A stretch of 64,000 bases of DNA from Synechococcus sp. (GTDB lineage: Bacteria; Cyanobacteriota; Cyanobacteriia; PCC-6307; Cyanobiaceae). The stretch spans positions 448,001 to 512,000 of the forward strand of contig JBJBDL010000003.1 in assembly GCA_047285305.1 (NCBI GenBank), read 5' to 3'. The position numbers and the translations under genes were made by a program. Position 1 is the first letter of the stretch, and each line of letters starts with the position of its first letter. The notes beneath the pieces were generated by a model that was not told the DNA's origin, did no database searches, and saw only the letters and a program-made list of their open reading frames with translations. Positions 1 to 10,241 of the stretch are shown here, in pieces.

Positions 1-1068
1 CAGGGTGACGAAGTCTTTGGAGAGCTTCCCGAAGTTCCGGTTTACTAGATGGACAACCGCCTGAATCAAGCCGGTTCGTGACTCGCGGCTCACTTCGCTC
101 ATCATCCCGAAGTCGAGATAACAGAGGCGACCGTCCTCCAGCGCCAGGAGATTGCCGGGGTGGGGGTCGGCATGGAAGAAGCCATGCTCTAGCAATTGTT
201 GAAGGCTGCAGTTCACGCCCACTTCCACCATGTCGTCCGGGTCCACACCGAGCTCGCGAACCGCATCAAGGTTGGTGAGCTTTACGCCGTCGATCCACTC
301 CATCGTCAGCACCCGGCGGCTTGTGGCGTTGCGATAGATCGTCGGAACAGCGATGCGAGAGTTGTGTTGATGCAGCTCAGCGAAGGTCTCAGCGTTCGAG
401 GCCTCGTTGAGGTAGTCCATCTCTTCGAACACCCGTCGCCCCAGTTCATCGATCAGGGCGACGAGGTCGCTGCGGATCAACCCGATGTTGCTGTTCAACC
501 AGGCGGCGATGTTGCGCACGATGTACAGATCCAGGGTGATCTGTTCGCGCAGCCCCGGGCGCTGCACCTTCACCGCCACTCTGGCGCCACCCTTGAGGGT
601 TCCCTTGTGCACCTGACCCAAGGAGGCGGCTGAGATCGGTTCCCGGTCCAGCTGCTCGAAAATGTCATCCACCTGTGCACCCAGGTCCTCTTCGATGCAG
701 GCCATGGCCAGGCCACTGTCGAAGCCGGGCAGTTGGTCCTGGAGCTGGGCCAGTTCCTCCAGCAGCAGCGGGGGGACGATGTCCGGTCGTGTGGAGAGCG
801 CCTGGCCGGCCTTGATGAAGGCGGGACCAAGATCCACGAGAAGTTCAGCGCATTCGCGAGCTCGAGCCCGGGCCCGTTCCTCATCCTTCAGCAACTGGAA
901 GATCCAGTCGAAGGCGACGCCCAGCAGCAACAGGCCTATGGGTATGAGGGTTTGCCAGAGCCGGCGGATCAGCCGCTGGGGATGGCCGGCATAAATACGT
1001 GTAATGGCGGCGGGGTCGTACTCGAGCAACCCAGCGGCTTCGATGAAATCCCCGAGCTCTTGCGCCAT
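1..1068 (-). CDS. ABC1/AarF/UbiB family atypical protein kinase (3' end beyond window)
   Basis: Not in the ORF track. Manual translation from ATG 1068: MAQELGDFIEAAGLLEYDP...LGPAFIKAGQALSTRPD...ISAASLGQVH...VAVKVQRPG...GFFHADPHPGNLL...YLDFGMM, i.e. the ABC1 motifs. Frame stays open to the window edge. Confidence 0.93.
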   Translation of the reverse strand, partial: MAQELGDFIEAAGLLEYDPAAITRIYAGHPQRLIRRLWQTLIPIGLLLLGVAFDWIFQLLKDEERARARARECAELLVDLGPAFIKAGQALSTRPDIVPPLLLEELAQLQDQLPGFDSGLAMACIEEDLGAQVDDIFEQLDREPISAASLGQVHKGTLKGGARVAVKVQRPGLREQITLDLYIVRNIAAWLNSNIGLIRSDLVALIDELGRRVFEEMDYLNEASNAETFAELHQHNSRIAVPTIYRNATSRRVLTMEWIDGVKLTNLDAVRELGVDPDDMVEVGVNCSLQQLLEHGFFHADPHPGNLLALEDGRLCYLDFGMMSEVSRESRTGLIQAVVHLVNRNFGKLSKDFVTL

Positions 1069-1145
1069 CAATTCATCGGGATGTTCGACACCCCTTCTAA
1101 ACGAACCGAGCTGCCGCTACGGTCGGCATCATCACAGGGCTGGAC

Positions 1146-2828
1146 GTGCTCACCGGTCTGCTGCTGCAGAACATCGCTCTGATTGAGAGTCTTGAACTGG
1201 AGTTCAGCTCGGGTTTCACGGTGCTCACCGGTGAGACCGGTGCCGGTAAATCGATCCTTCTTGATGCCCTCGATGCGGTGCTGGGAGGAGCGCAGGGTTC
1301 CAGCGGAGTTCGTCTGCTGCGGACGGGTTCGGATCGCGCCAGGATCGAGGCTGCGTTTCAACTCAACCCAGCCCTGGAGCAGTGGTTGATCGCGGCGGAG
1401 TTTGATCCCGAAGAGGAGATTCTGATTAGCCGCGAATGGAAACGGCAGGAGGGTGATCGTTATTCCAGTCGCTGCCGGCTGAATGGCAGCACGGTGAACC
1501 GTCAGCAGTTGCTTGAGCTCAGGCCGCTGTTGATTGATCTCACGGTTCAGGGACAGACCCAGCTGTTGTCGCGGGCGGGGCAGCAACGGCTCTGGCTTGA
1601 CCGTCTCGGTGGATCTGCATTGGCTGAGGTCAAAGTTCATGTAGCTCATGCCTGGACCGAATGGCGCCATGCTGCAGATGCCCTTACGGCACTTGAGCAG
1701 GAGCAGCAGCGCTCCGAACAGGAGCAGGCTGAACAGGAAGAGCAGTTGGAGCAGCTGCAAGCTGCCGATCTCGCCGACTCCGACGAGCAGCAGCGCCTGG
1801 AACAGGATCAAGACCGCCTCGTCCACGGCGTGAGGCTGCTGGAGGGTTTGGCCTTGCTGTTTGGGCGTCTCCGCGACGGTGTGGATCAGGCGCCTTCTCT
1901 GCAGGATCATTTCGCGGCGTGCATCCAGGAGCTGCAGGCCATGGCGCAGCTGGATGGTTCGCTTGAGCCCCTGCGGGATCAGGCGCTGGATCTCGAAGCA
2001 GGTGTGGATGGTTTGTTGCGCTCCCTCGATCAATACGGTCTGACGCTCGAGAGCGATCCAGACCAGCTGGAGCGGATTCAGGACCGTCTGTCGGTTTTAA
2101 AACGGCTGCAGCGACGTTACGGCCTTGATCTGGCCGGTTTGATTCAGCGGCGCGACGAGCTGCTTCATCGTTTGGGATCGGAAGGCTTCGCGGCGGATCT
2201 CGCCCGTCTGCAACAGGCCGAGACCGATCTTCGCCAGACGCGTGATCAGGCAAATGCGGCCTTGCGTCGCGAGCGGTTTAAGGCAGCGGAGGCTTTAGAG
2301 GCCTCGTTGCTGAAGCTGTTGCCACCCATGGGCCTAGCCAATTTGCGTTTCAAGGTGGCTCTCACCCCCTGTGATCCGGCTGAGCATGGGGCGGACGCTG
2401 TTCAATTCCTGTTTTCCGCCAATCCCGGCCAACCGATGGCACCGCTAACGGAGGTGGCGTCCGGCGGTGAGATGTCCCGTTTTCTGCTCGCGCTCAAGAC
2501 CACCCTTGCCGCGGTGGATGGCTCCAGCACGTTGTTGTTTGATGAGATTGATGCCGGCGTCAGCGGACGCGTCAGTGGAGCGATGGCCGATCTGCTTCAG
2601 ACCCTGGCCCGTCAGCGTCAGGTGTTCTGCGTCACACACCAACCGCTTGTGGCAGCCGTTGCTGACCACCATTTCCGGGTGAGCAAGCATGTGGAAGATG
2701 GCGTCACCCATTCGCGAGTGTCCCGACTGCGGGACACTCAGGAACGCCGCCAGGAGCTGGCAGACCTCGCTGGTGGCGATCAGGCCGACGCCTATGCAGC
2801 AAGCCTGCTGGACCAGCGAACAGCTTGA
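1146..2828 (+). CDS. recN: DNA repair protein RecN
   Basis: 560 aa; Walker A TGETGAGKS, long coiled coil, ASGGEMSR signature, LLFDEID, VTHQP. Confidence 0.97.
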   Translation: MLTGLLLQNIALIESLELEFSSGFTVLTGETGAGKSILLDALDAVLGGAQGSSGVRLLRTGSDRARIEAAFQLNPALEQWLIAAEFDPEEEILISREWKRQEGDRYSSRCRLNGSTVNRQQLLELRPLLIDLTVQGQTQLLSRAGQQRLWLDRLGGSALAEVKVHVAHAWTEWRHAADALTALEQEQQRSEQEQAEQEEQLEQLQAADLADSDEQQRLEQDQDRLVHGVRLLEGLALLFGRLRDGVDQAPSLQDHFAACIQELQAMAQLDGSLEPLRDQALDLEAGVDGLLRSLDQYGLTLESDPDQLERIQDRLSVLKRLQRRYGLDLAGLIQRRDELLHRLGSEGFAADLARLQQAETDLRQTRDQANAALRRERFKAAEALEASLLKLLPPMGLANLRFKVALTPCDPAEHGADAVQFLFSANPGQPMAPLTEVASGGEMSRFLLALKTTLAAVDGSSTLLFDEIDAGVSGRVSGAMADLLQTLARQRQVFCVTHQPLVAAVADHHFRVSKHVEDGVTHSRVSRLRDTQERRQELADLAGGDQADAYAASLLDQRTA

Positions 2829-2873
2829 AGGCTTGGGTTCTTCCTAAGCTCTTGTGCTTTCCAACGGGTCCTG

Positions 2874-5837
2874 ATGGCGCGAGCTGCTGCCAAGATCGCT
2901 GAATCAGCTGGCCCGCTGGCGACTCAGGAAGATGTGATTCGAGTGAGGGGTGCCCGTCAGCACAACCTCAAAAACGTCGACGTCACCATTCCCCGTAACA
3001 AGCTGGTGGTCTTCACCGGTGTGAGTGGCAGCGGCAAGAGTTCGCTCGCTTTTGACACGATCTTTGCGGAGGGACAGCGCCGCTACGTCGAAAGTCTGTC
3101 GGCCTATGCCCGTCAGTTTCTTGGGCAAGTGGACAAGCCCGATGTCGATGCCATCGAGGGCCTGTCTCCGGCGATTTCGATTGATCAGAAATCCACCAGT
3201 CACAACCCCCGCTCCACGGTGGGCACCGTCACGGAGATTCAGGACTATCTCCGTCTACTTTTCGGCCGTGCCGGCGAGCCCCACTGCCCCAAGTGTGGCC
3301 GTTCGATCAAGCCTCAGAGCATCGACGAAATGGTCGATCAGATCCTGCTGTTGCCTGAGGGAACTCGTTATCAGCTGTTGGCGCCGGTGGTGCGTGGCAA
3401 GAAGGGTACCCACACCAAGTTGATCAGTGGTTTAGCGGCGGAAGGTTTCGCCCGGGTGCGCATCAACGGTGAGGTGCGCGAGTTGGCCGACAACATCGAG
3501 CTCGACAAGAACCACAGCCACAACATTGAGGTGGTGGTCGATCGTCTTGTGGCCCGTGAGGGGATCCAGGAACGGCTGACCGATTCATTGCGCACGGCCC
3601 TCAAACGCGGCGATGGTCTGGCGTTGGTGGAGGTGGTGCCCAAGAAGGGGGAGGAGCTTCCAGACGGCGTTGAGCGGGAGCGCCTCTACTCAGAGAACTT
3701 CGCCTGCCCTGTGCACGGCGCTGTGATGGAGGAGCTGTCACCGCGTCTGTTTTCGTTCAACAGCCCCTATGGCGCCTGTGAGGCTTGCCATGGCATTGGC
3801 CACCTACGCAAATTCACCGTGGATCGTGTGATTCCGGACCCAACTCAGCCTGTGTATTCCGCGGTCGCTCCTTGGGCTGAGAAAGACAACAGCTACTACT
3901 TCTCCTTGCTGTATTCGGTGGGTGAGGCCTTCGGCTTCGAGATCAAGACCCCATGGAATGAACTTACGGATGAACAGCGGGATGTCTTGCTCAATGGCAG
4001 CCGCGAACCGATTCTGATCCAGGCCGATAGCCGTTACCGCAAGGGCAAAGGGGGATACACCCGGCCCTTCGAGGGCATTCTTCCGATCCTTGAGCGGCAG
4101 CTCCGCGATGCCAGCGGTGAAGCCCAGCGCCAGAAGTTGGAGAAGTATCTCGAGCTGGTTCCCTGTGAAGCATGTGGCGGTCAGCGCCTCCGCCCCGAAG
4201 CCCTCGCGGTGAAGGTGGGGCCGTACCGGATTCCAGAACTCACGGCCGTCAGCGTCGGTCAGACGCTCGAACGGATTGAAAAACTGATGGGTGTGGGCGC
4301 CCATGAGGGCTCTGAGCCCTTGCTGAATGCCCGTCAGATTCAGATCGGTGATCTGGTGCTCAGGGAAATCCGTCTGCGCCTGAAATTCCTGCTCGATGTT
4401 GGTCTCGACTACTTGAGCCTGGATCGACCGGCTATGACGCTCTCCGGCGGTGAAGCCCAGCGCATTCGCTTGGCGACCCAGATCGGTGCTGGTCTCACCG
4501 GGGTGCTGTACGTGCTGGATGAGCCGAGCATCGGCTTGCATCAGCGTGACAACGACCGTCTCCTGAACACCCTGGTGCGGCTCAGGGATCTCGGAAACAC
4601 TCTGGTGGTGGTGGAACACGATGAAGACACCATCCGTGCTGCCGATCACGTTGTGGACATCGGCCCTGGTGCCGGCGTCCATGGGGGACACATTGTGGCG
4701 GAAGGAAGTTTCAATGACCTGGTGGCGAGCAGTGAATCCCTCACCGGCGCCTACCTGAGTGGCCGTCGGTCGATTCCAACGCCGGCTGAACGCCGTCAGA
4801 GCGGTTCACGCTCACTCAAGTTGATTGACTGCAACCGCAACAACCTCAAGAACGTTTCGGTTGAGTTCCCCTTGGGCCGGTTGGTATCCGTCACTGGGGT
4901 GAGCGGCAGCGGCAAGAGCACTCTCGTAAATGAGCTCCTGCATCCCGCTTTAGAGAACGGACTGGGTCTAAAGGTGCCCTTTCCGCAGGGTCTGGGGGAA
5001 TTGCGGGGGTTGAAGTCGATCGACAAGGTGATCGTCATCGACCAGAGCCCGATTGGACGCACACCCCGCTCCAACCCAGCCACCTACACCGGTGCCTTTG
5101 ATCCGATCCGTCAGGTGTTCGCCGCCACGGTGGAGGCCAAGGCCCGCGGTTACCAGGTGGGTCAGTTCAGTTTCAACGTGAAGGGTGGCCGCTGTGAGGC
5201 TTGCCGTGGTCAGGGTGTGAACGTGATCGAGATGAACTTCCTGCCGGATGTGTACGTCCAGTGCGATGTCTGCAAGGGCGCCCGCTTCAACCGCGAAACC
5301 CTGCAGGTGAAATACAAGGGCTACACCATCGCGGATGTGCTGCAAATGACCGTGGAGCAAGCCGCTGAGGTGTTTGATGCCATTCCTCAGGCGGCAGATC
5401 GCTTGCGCACCTTGGTGGATGTGGGCCTGGGATATGTGAAGCTCGGCCAGCCGGCGCCAACCCTCTCGGGGGGTGAGGCCCAGCGGGTGAAGCTGGCCAC
5501 GGAGCTGTCACGGCGGGCCACTGGCAAGACTCTCTATCTGATTGATGAGCCCACCACTGGCCTCAGCTTCTACGACGTCCACAAGCTGATGGATGTGATG
5601 CAGCGCTTGGTGGACAAAGGTAACTCCATCATTTGCATCGAGCACAACCTTGATGTGATCCGTTGCAGCGACTGGATTATCGATCTCGGCCCCGAAGGCG
5701 GTGACAAGGGTGGCGAGATCCTGGTTACCGGCACTCCAGAGGAGGTCGCCCAGCACCCCACCAGTCACACCGGCCGCTACCTCGCAAGGGTTTTGGAGCA
5801 GCATCCACCAGAGCTGCCCGTTCCTTTGGCGGCTTGA
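2874..5837 (+). CDS. uvrA: Excinuclease ABC subunit A
   Basis: 987 aa; GARQHNLKN, two GVSGSGKS Walker A motifs, two LSGGEAQR signatures, CxxC zinc fingers. Confidence 0.98.
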   Translation: MARAAAKIAESAGPLATQEDVIRVRGARQHNLKNVDVTIPRNKLVVFTGVSGSGKSSLAFDTIFAEGQRRYVESLSAYARQFLGQVDKPDVDAIEGLSPAISIDQKSTSHNPRSTVGTVTEIQDYLRLLFGRAGEPHCPKCGRSIKPQSIDEMVDQILLLPEGTRYQLLAPVVRGKKGTHTKLISGLAAEGFARVRINGEVRELADNIELDKNHSHNIEVVVDRLVAREGIQERLTDSLRTALKRGDGLALVEVVPKKGEELPDGVERERLYSENFACPVHGAVMEELSPRLFSFNSPYGACEACHGIGHLRKFTVDRVIPDPTQPVYSAVAPWAEKDNSYYFSLLYSVGEAFGFEIKTPWNELTDEQRDVLLNGSREPILIQADSRYRKGKGGYTRPFEGILPILERQLRDASGEAQRQKLEKYLELVPCEACGGQRLRPEALAVKVGPYRIPELTAVSVGQTLERIEKLMGVGAHEGSEPLLNARQIQIGDLVLREIRLRLKFLLDVGLDYLSLDRPAMTLSGGEAQRIRLATQIGAGLTGVLYVLDEPSIGLHQRDNDRLLNTLVRLRDLGNTLVVVEHDEDTIRAADHVVDIGPGAGVHGGHIVAEGSFNDLVASSESLTGAYLSGRRSIPTPAERRQSGSRSLKLIDCNRNNLKNVSVEFPLGRLVSVTGVSGSGKSTLVNELLHPALENGLGLKVPFPQGLGELRGLKSIDKVIVIDQSPIGRTPRSNPATYTGAFDPIRQVFAATVEAKARGYQVGQFSFNVKGGRCEACRGQGVNVIEMNFLPDVYVQCDVCKGARFNRETLQVKYKGYTIADVLQMTVEQAAEVFDAIPQAADRLRTLVDVGLGYVKLGQPAPTLSGGEAQRVKLATELSRRATGKTLYLIDEPTTGLSFYDVHKLMDVMQRLVDKGNSIICIEHNLDVIRCSDWIIDLGPEGGDKGGEILVTGTPEEVAQHPTSHTGRYLARVLEQHPPELPVPLAA

Positions 5838-6130
5838 GGTGGACGGCTCCGTCACCTTCTCTAAGGGTGGATGGGTTGAAGAGCAGGGCAGCCTTGCTTT
5901 GTTGATGTGAGCGATTGACTCTGACGTTGCTGGCTTGTTACATCAAGCTGGGGGTATGACTGTTACCTCTTGGGCCGAGATCCTTTGCAAGACAGGGTGA
6001 CTCGGCTTTTTTGATCGGCTCTACTTTCCAACCTTCTAAGGTTTTTTTTATTTTTAACCCCTTCTTCCGCCTCTAAAGAAAAAACAACGGCACCGAATCT
6101 GTGTCCCGTTGTTGTTTGTGAGGGGAGCGA

Positions 6131-8254
6131 ATGGGGATCCGGTTGTTGCATCTGCACCTTCACGGTCTGTTTCGTTCCCATGAGCTCGAACTGGGGCGGG
6201 ATGCTGATACAGGTGGTCAGACGTTATATGTGCTGGAGCTCGTTCGCAGCCTGGCGCAGCGAGCGGAGGTTGAGCAGGTTGATGTGGTCACCCGGCTGAT
6301 TCAGGACCGTCGGGTAGATCTCGATTACAGCCAACGGGTCGAAGCCATTGCTCCAGGGGCCCGCATCCTGCGCTTTCCATTTGGTCCGAAGCGGTATCTA
6401 CGCAAGGAGTTGCTTTGGCCCCATCTCGAGGAGCTGGCTGATCAGTTGGTGGAACATCTGAGCCAGCCGGGCCAGAGGGTGGATTGGATTCATGCCCATT
6501 ACGCCGACGCCGGTCTGGTGGGTGCTCTCGTCAGTCAGCGGTTGGGGATTCCGCTTGTTTTCACTGGCCATTCCCTCGGCCGGGAGAAACAGCGACGTCT
6601 CCTGGCCGGTGGCTTGGATCGCTCTCAGATTGAGCAGACTTACGCCATCAGCCGCCGCATCGACGCCGAAGAGCGTTCTCTGGCCCAGGCGGATCTGGTG
6701 ATCACCAGCACCCGTCAGGAGGCGGATCAGCAGTACTGCCGCTACGGCCACTTTCAGGCGGATTACGCGGCAGTGGTGCCCCCTGGCGTTGATGATTCCC
6801 GGTTCCATCCCCATGGTTCATCGCAGGAATGCTCCGCATTGCAAAGCATGTTGCAGCCTTTCCTCAGGGAGCCGGATCGTCCGCCCCTGCTGGCGATTTC
6901 CCGTGCGGTGCGGCGCAAGAACATTCCCGCTCTGGTGGAAGCCTTTGGTCAGTCGCCGGTGCTGCGGCAGCGTCACAACATGGTGCTTGTGCTCGGCTGT
7001 CGGGATGACCCTCGTGAGCTCGAGAAGCAGCAGCGCGATGTGCTTCAGCAGGTGTTCGATCTTGTGGATCGCTTTGATCTCTATGGCCAGGTGGCCTACC
7101 CAAAACAACACAGCCGTGCCCAGATTCCTGCCCTATATCGCTGGGCGGCGCGTCGTGGGGGGCTGTTTGTGAACCCGGCCTTGACCGAACCCTTCGGACT
7201 CACCCTTCTGGAGGCCGCGGCCTGTGGTTTGCCGATGGTGGCTACCGATGATGGCGGCCCACGGGATATCCAACACCGTTGCGACAACGGTCTTCTGGCA
7301 GACGTCACCGATCCAGGGGCACTTCAGGAAGCCCTGGAATTGGCCGGCAGTGATCGCTCCCGTTGGCGACGTTGGAGTGATAACGGGGTTGAGGCCATCA
7401 GTCGGCACTTCAGCTGGGATGCCCATGTGTGTAGGTACCTCGCCCTGATGCAGCAGAAAGTCCGCGTGTCACCTGTGCGTGGGATGTCGGTGGTGCGGCG
7501 GCCCAGCCCCGTCTCCAGGCTGTTGGCGCTGGATCTCGACAGCTGTTTGGAGCTGCCGGAGGAACGCTCCCTGGCGCATCTGCGCGATCGGCTTCACTCC
7601 GAACCCTTTGCCGCTTCGACAGGCTTGGTGATTCTCACGGGGCGGTCTCTGGATCAGGCGCGTCAGCGCTACCAGGAGTTGCATCTTCCCGATCCCAAGG
7701 CCTGGATCTGCCGTGCAGGAACCGAGATTCACCACACGTCGGATCGCGCGGAAGATCCCGTGTGGGCGAAGCGCATTAGCCAAGCCTGGGATCGCGAGGC
7801 TGTGCTCGCAGCGATGGGGCAACTCCAGGAACACCTTCAGCTTCAGGACCCGGATCACCAGAGTTTCTTCAAGGTCAGCTACCTGTTGCGTGCTTCCAAC
7901 CGCGGTCTGATTGGTTTGGCCCGTCAGTGCCTGCGCCGTCATGGTCTGCAGGCGGAACCCCAGCTCCGTTGCCATTGGTTCCTGGATGTTCTTCCCCAGC
8001 GCGCCTCCCGCAGTGAGGCCATCCGTTTTCTGGCCCAGTCTTGGCAGCTCCCCCTGCAGCAGGTTCTGGTGGTGGCCAGTCAGCAGGGGGATGGAGAGTT
8101 GCTGGATGGTTTGCCCGCCACGGTGGTTCCTGCGGATCACGATCCCTGCCTGTTGGGCCAACGGACCCAGCAGCGGGTGTATGTCTCGAAACGCCCCAGT
8201 GTTGGAGCCGTACTGGATGGCTTAACCCACTACCGGTTTTCAGGCAGCCGTTGA
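6131..8254 (+). CDS. spsA: Sucrose-phosphate synthase (GT4 domain plus C-terminal HAD/SPP-like domain)
   Basis: LGRDADTGGQTLYV, HAHYADAG, FTGHSLG and EPFGLTLLEAAACGLP motifs; C-terminal LALDLDS HAD-like domain. Confidence 0.92.
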   Translation: MGIRLLHLHLHGLFRSHELELGRDADTGGQTLYVLELVRSLAQRAEVEQVDVVTRLIQDRRVDLDYSQRVEAIAPGARILRFPFGPKRYLRKELLWPHLEELADQLVEHLSQPGQRVDWIHAHYADAGLVGALVSQRLGIPLVFTGHSLGREKQRRLLAGGLDRSQIEQTYAISRRIDAEERSLAQADLVITSTRQEADQQYCRYGHFQADYAAVVPPGVDDSRFHPHGSSQECSALQSMLQPFLREPDRPPLLAISRAVRRKNIPALVEAFGQSPVLRQRHNMVLVLGCRDDPRELEKQQRDVLQQVFDLVDRFDLYGQVAYPKQHSRAQIPALYRWAARRGGLFVNPALTEPFGLTLLEAAACGLPMVATDDGGPRDIQHRCDNGLLADVTDPGALQEALELAGSDRSRWRRWSDNGVEAISRHFSWDAHVCRYLALMQQKVRVSPVRGMSVVRRPSPVSRLLALDLDSCLELPEERSLAHLRDRLHSEPFAASTGLVILTGRSLDQARQRYQELHLPDPKAWICRAGTEIHHTSDRAEDPVWAKRISQAWDREAVLAAMGQLQEHLQLQDPDHQSFFKVSYLLRASNRGLIGLARQCLRRHGLQAEPQLRCHWFLDVLPQRASRSEAIRFLAQSWQLPLQQVLVVASQQGDGELLDGLPATVVPADHDPCLLGQRTQQRVYVSKRPSVGAVLDGLTHYRFSGSR

Positions 8255-9418
8255 TCCTGGAATCACGGTCACACAGGCGGCTGCCCTGTCGGCCTTGGCT
8301 TGTGCTTCCTTCCGATCTTCTCCCCTTGCCAGGGCAACACCCATGCGTCGACCGGGGCGAGCTGTGGGCTTGCCGAACAGCAGCAATTGGGTGTCAGCTT
8401 CTGTTAGCGCTTGTTCGACCCCTTCAAAAACGACGGAGTCCATGTTCGCTTGGGCCAGGATCACGCGGCTGGCGGCCGTATCAGCTGCCGTGATGGTGGG
8501 GATCGGCAGACCGAGAACAGCGCGCAGGTGCAGTTCGAACTCGCTCAGGTTCTGGCTGATCAGGGTCACCAGGCCTGTGTCGTGCGGCCGGGGCGACAGT
8601 TCAGAAAAAATCACCTCATCGCCACAGATGAAAAATTCCACACCGAAGAGACCGGCACCGCCCAGGTTGTCGGTGACGGTTTTGGCCATGGCCTGGGCCT
8701 GACGCAATTGTTGGTCGGTGAGTTGAGCCGGCTGCCAGCTGCATTGATAGTCCCCTCCTTCCTGTTCGTGGCCGATCGGCGCACAGAACAGGGTTTCGCC
8801 ATTGCGCTGACGGATGGTGAGCAGGGTGATCTCCAGATCGAAATGGAGAAATTCCTCCACGATCACCTGGGTTGAGGTACCCCGTGCACCTGACATGGCG
8901 GCCTCCCAGGCCTTGGGCAGATCGTCTGAACAGGTCACCACGCTCTGGCCTTTGCCGGAGGAACTCATCACCGGTTTCACCACGACGGGCCAGCCCAGTG
9001 GTTTCGCCACTGCTGTGAGTTCTTCAGCACTGGAGGCATAGGCGAACCGGGCGGTGCGGAGACCGAGTTCGCCGGCCGCCAGGTCGCGGATGCGGTCTCG
9101 GTTCATCGTGACGGCCGTCGCGCGGGCTGTGGGAATCACGGTGATCCCCTCTTGTTCGAGTTCCGCCAGGGCATGCACGGCGAGAGCTTCGATCTCCGGG
9201 ATCACCACGTCGGGTTGGTGGCGCCTGACCACCTTCAGCAAGGCATCGGCATCAGTCATCGGCAGCACTTCGGCCACGTCAGCCACCTGCATGGCCGGGG
9301 CAGCGGCATAGCGATCGCAGGCGATCACCCGGCAGCCAAGCCGTTGGGCAGCAATGGCCACCTCCTTGCCCAGCTCCCCGCTGCCCAGCAGCATCACGGT
9401 GCGTGGAAACGACGGCAT
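8240..9418 (-). CDS. purT: Formate-dependent phosphoribosylglycinamide formyltransferase
   Basis: LLGSGELGKE, KPVMSSSGKGQS, ELSPRPHDTG, RRMGVALA. Start ATG 9418 chosen; 9427 also possible. Confidence 0.96.
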   Translation of the reverse strand: MPSFPRTVMLLGSGELGKEVAIAAQRLGCRVIACDRYAAAPAMQVADVAEVLPMTDADALLKVVRRHQPDVVIPEIEALAVHALAELEQEGITVIPTARATAVTMNRDRIRDLAAGELGLRTARFAYASSAEELTAVAKPLGWPVVVKPVMSSSGKGQSVVTCSDDLPKAWEAAMSGARGTSTQVIVEEFLHFDLEITLLTIRQRNGETLFCAPIGHEQEGGDYQCSWQPAQLTDQQLRQAQAMAKTVTDNLGGAGLFGVEFFICGDEVIFSELSPRPHDTGLVTLISQNLSEFELHLRAVLGLPIPTITAADTAASRVILAQANMDSVVFEGVEQALTEADTQLLLFGKPTARPGRRMGVALARGEDRKEAQAKADRAAACVTVIPGSTAA

Positions 9419-9519
9419 GGTGATCATTGAATGGCCTGCCTGCATCATCAATCAACGCAAGTCCTGAGACTTTCCGCAGCCTGGGGTGCAGTGCTCGGTG
9501 GACGCGAGCCTATTGGGGC

Positions 9520-9687
9520 TCAGTTCGAATCGGTGCTGCTCTGACGGCGCACTTCGCCGATCAGCCACACGCCCATGAATCCAAGCGACGACACACCGAA
9601 ATAGATCAGCACCCACCGCAGAACCCGGTCAGGATCCGCAGCTGCATTGGCGAGCAGCTCAGCGGTTTTGGCAAGCAGGTTGTCCAT
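9520..9687 (-). CDS. 55-aa single-TM small protein (below ORF-track cutoff)
   Basis: MDNLLAKTAELLANAAADPDRVLRWVLIYFGVSSLGFMGVWLIGEVRRQSSTDSN; its ATG overlaps the upstream stop (TGATG); one hydrophobic segment. Confidence 0.75.
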   Translation of the reverse strand: MDNLLAKTAELLANAAADPDRVLRWVLIYFGVSSLGFMGVWLIGEVRRQSSTDSN

Positions 9688-9935
9688 CAGTTCTGAAGAT
9701 CAGGGATCAGCGTGAGTTGGCGGACTGGTGATTCTTCGCTAACGAAACCCCAGGCTTCAAAAACGGTGGGATCGGGATGCGTGATGCGCTGCTCCGTTCC
9801 ATGGCGCTCCACTTGGAACCCTTCGCTCGACATGCGTCGCATCAAACTGGCCGACTCCTCAAAGCGGGCAGCCATCGCTTCGAGGCTTGAGCAGTCAGCT
9901 GTGAGACCGGATTCACGCCAGGTGAAGTAGGTCAT
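9687..9935 (-). CDS. Hypothetical protein (82 aa)
   Basis: MTYFTWRESGLTADCSSLEAMAARFEESASLMRRMSSEGF...; protein-like composition, fills the gap, coupled to the downstream small ORF. Confidence 0.75.
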   Translation of the reverse strand: MTYFTWRESGLTADCSSLEAMAARFEESASLMRRMSSEGFQVERHGTEQRITHPDPTVFEAWGFVSEESPVRQLTLIPDLQN

Positions 9936-10241
9936 CCTGCCTTGCCACCCCAAAACGCGATTTTAAGGGATATGAGCGGCGCGAAGCGTTCGTTCTGGAT
10001 ATCAAAAATCCTTTGACTACCGGCTATGTCGTTCAGGCCTCCCTTCAAAAAGGAACTGTGTTGTGGTCACTCAAAAAGCTTGAAAATGCCGGTCATTTTT
10101 TTGTGTTACGGCCTTTTTTAAGAAGGCATTGACTTTCTGCGCTACGAAACCAAGTTCAATTCCGTTGTCGATCTGAAGCAACTGCATCCTTCAGCTCACT
10201 TCAAAATGATTGTCCTCAGGATTGGATCAAAAGATCGACTC

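Noticed and set aside
1069..1145. LexA/SOS box upstream of recN-uvrA
   Set aside because: No match to a cyanobacterial LexA consensus recognised.
78..1186. Several short plus-strand ORFs listed by the track
   Set aside because: The real gene is the minus-strand ABC1 kinase, omitted from the track because its stop lies outside the window.
5838..6130. AT-rich gap with T-runs between uvrA and spsA, and a 72-aa minus-strand ORF
   Set aside because: Looks like a normal promoter region; the ORF has no protein-like features and there is no convincing RNA structure.
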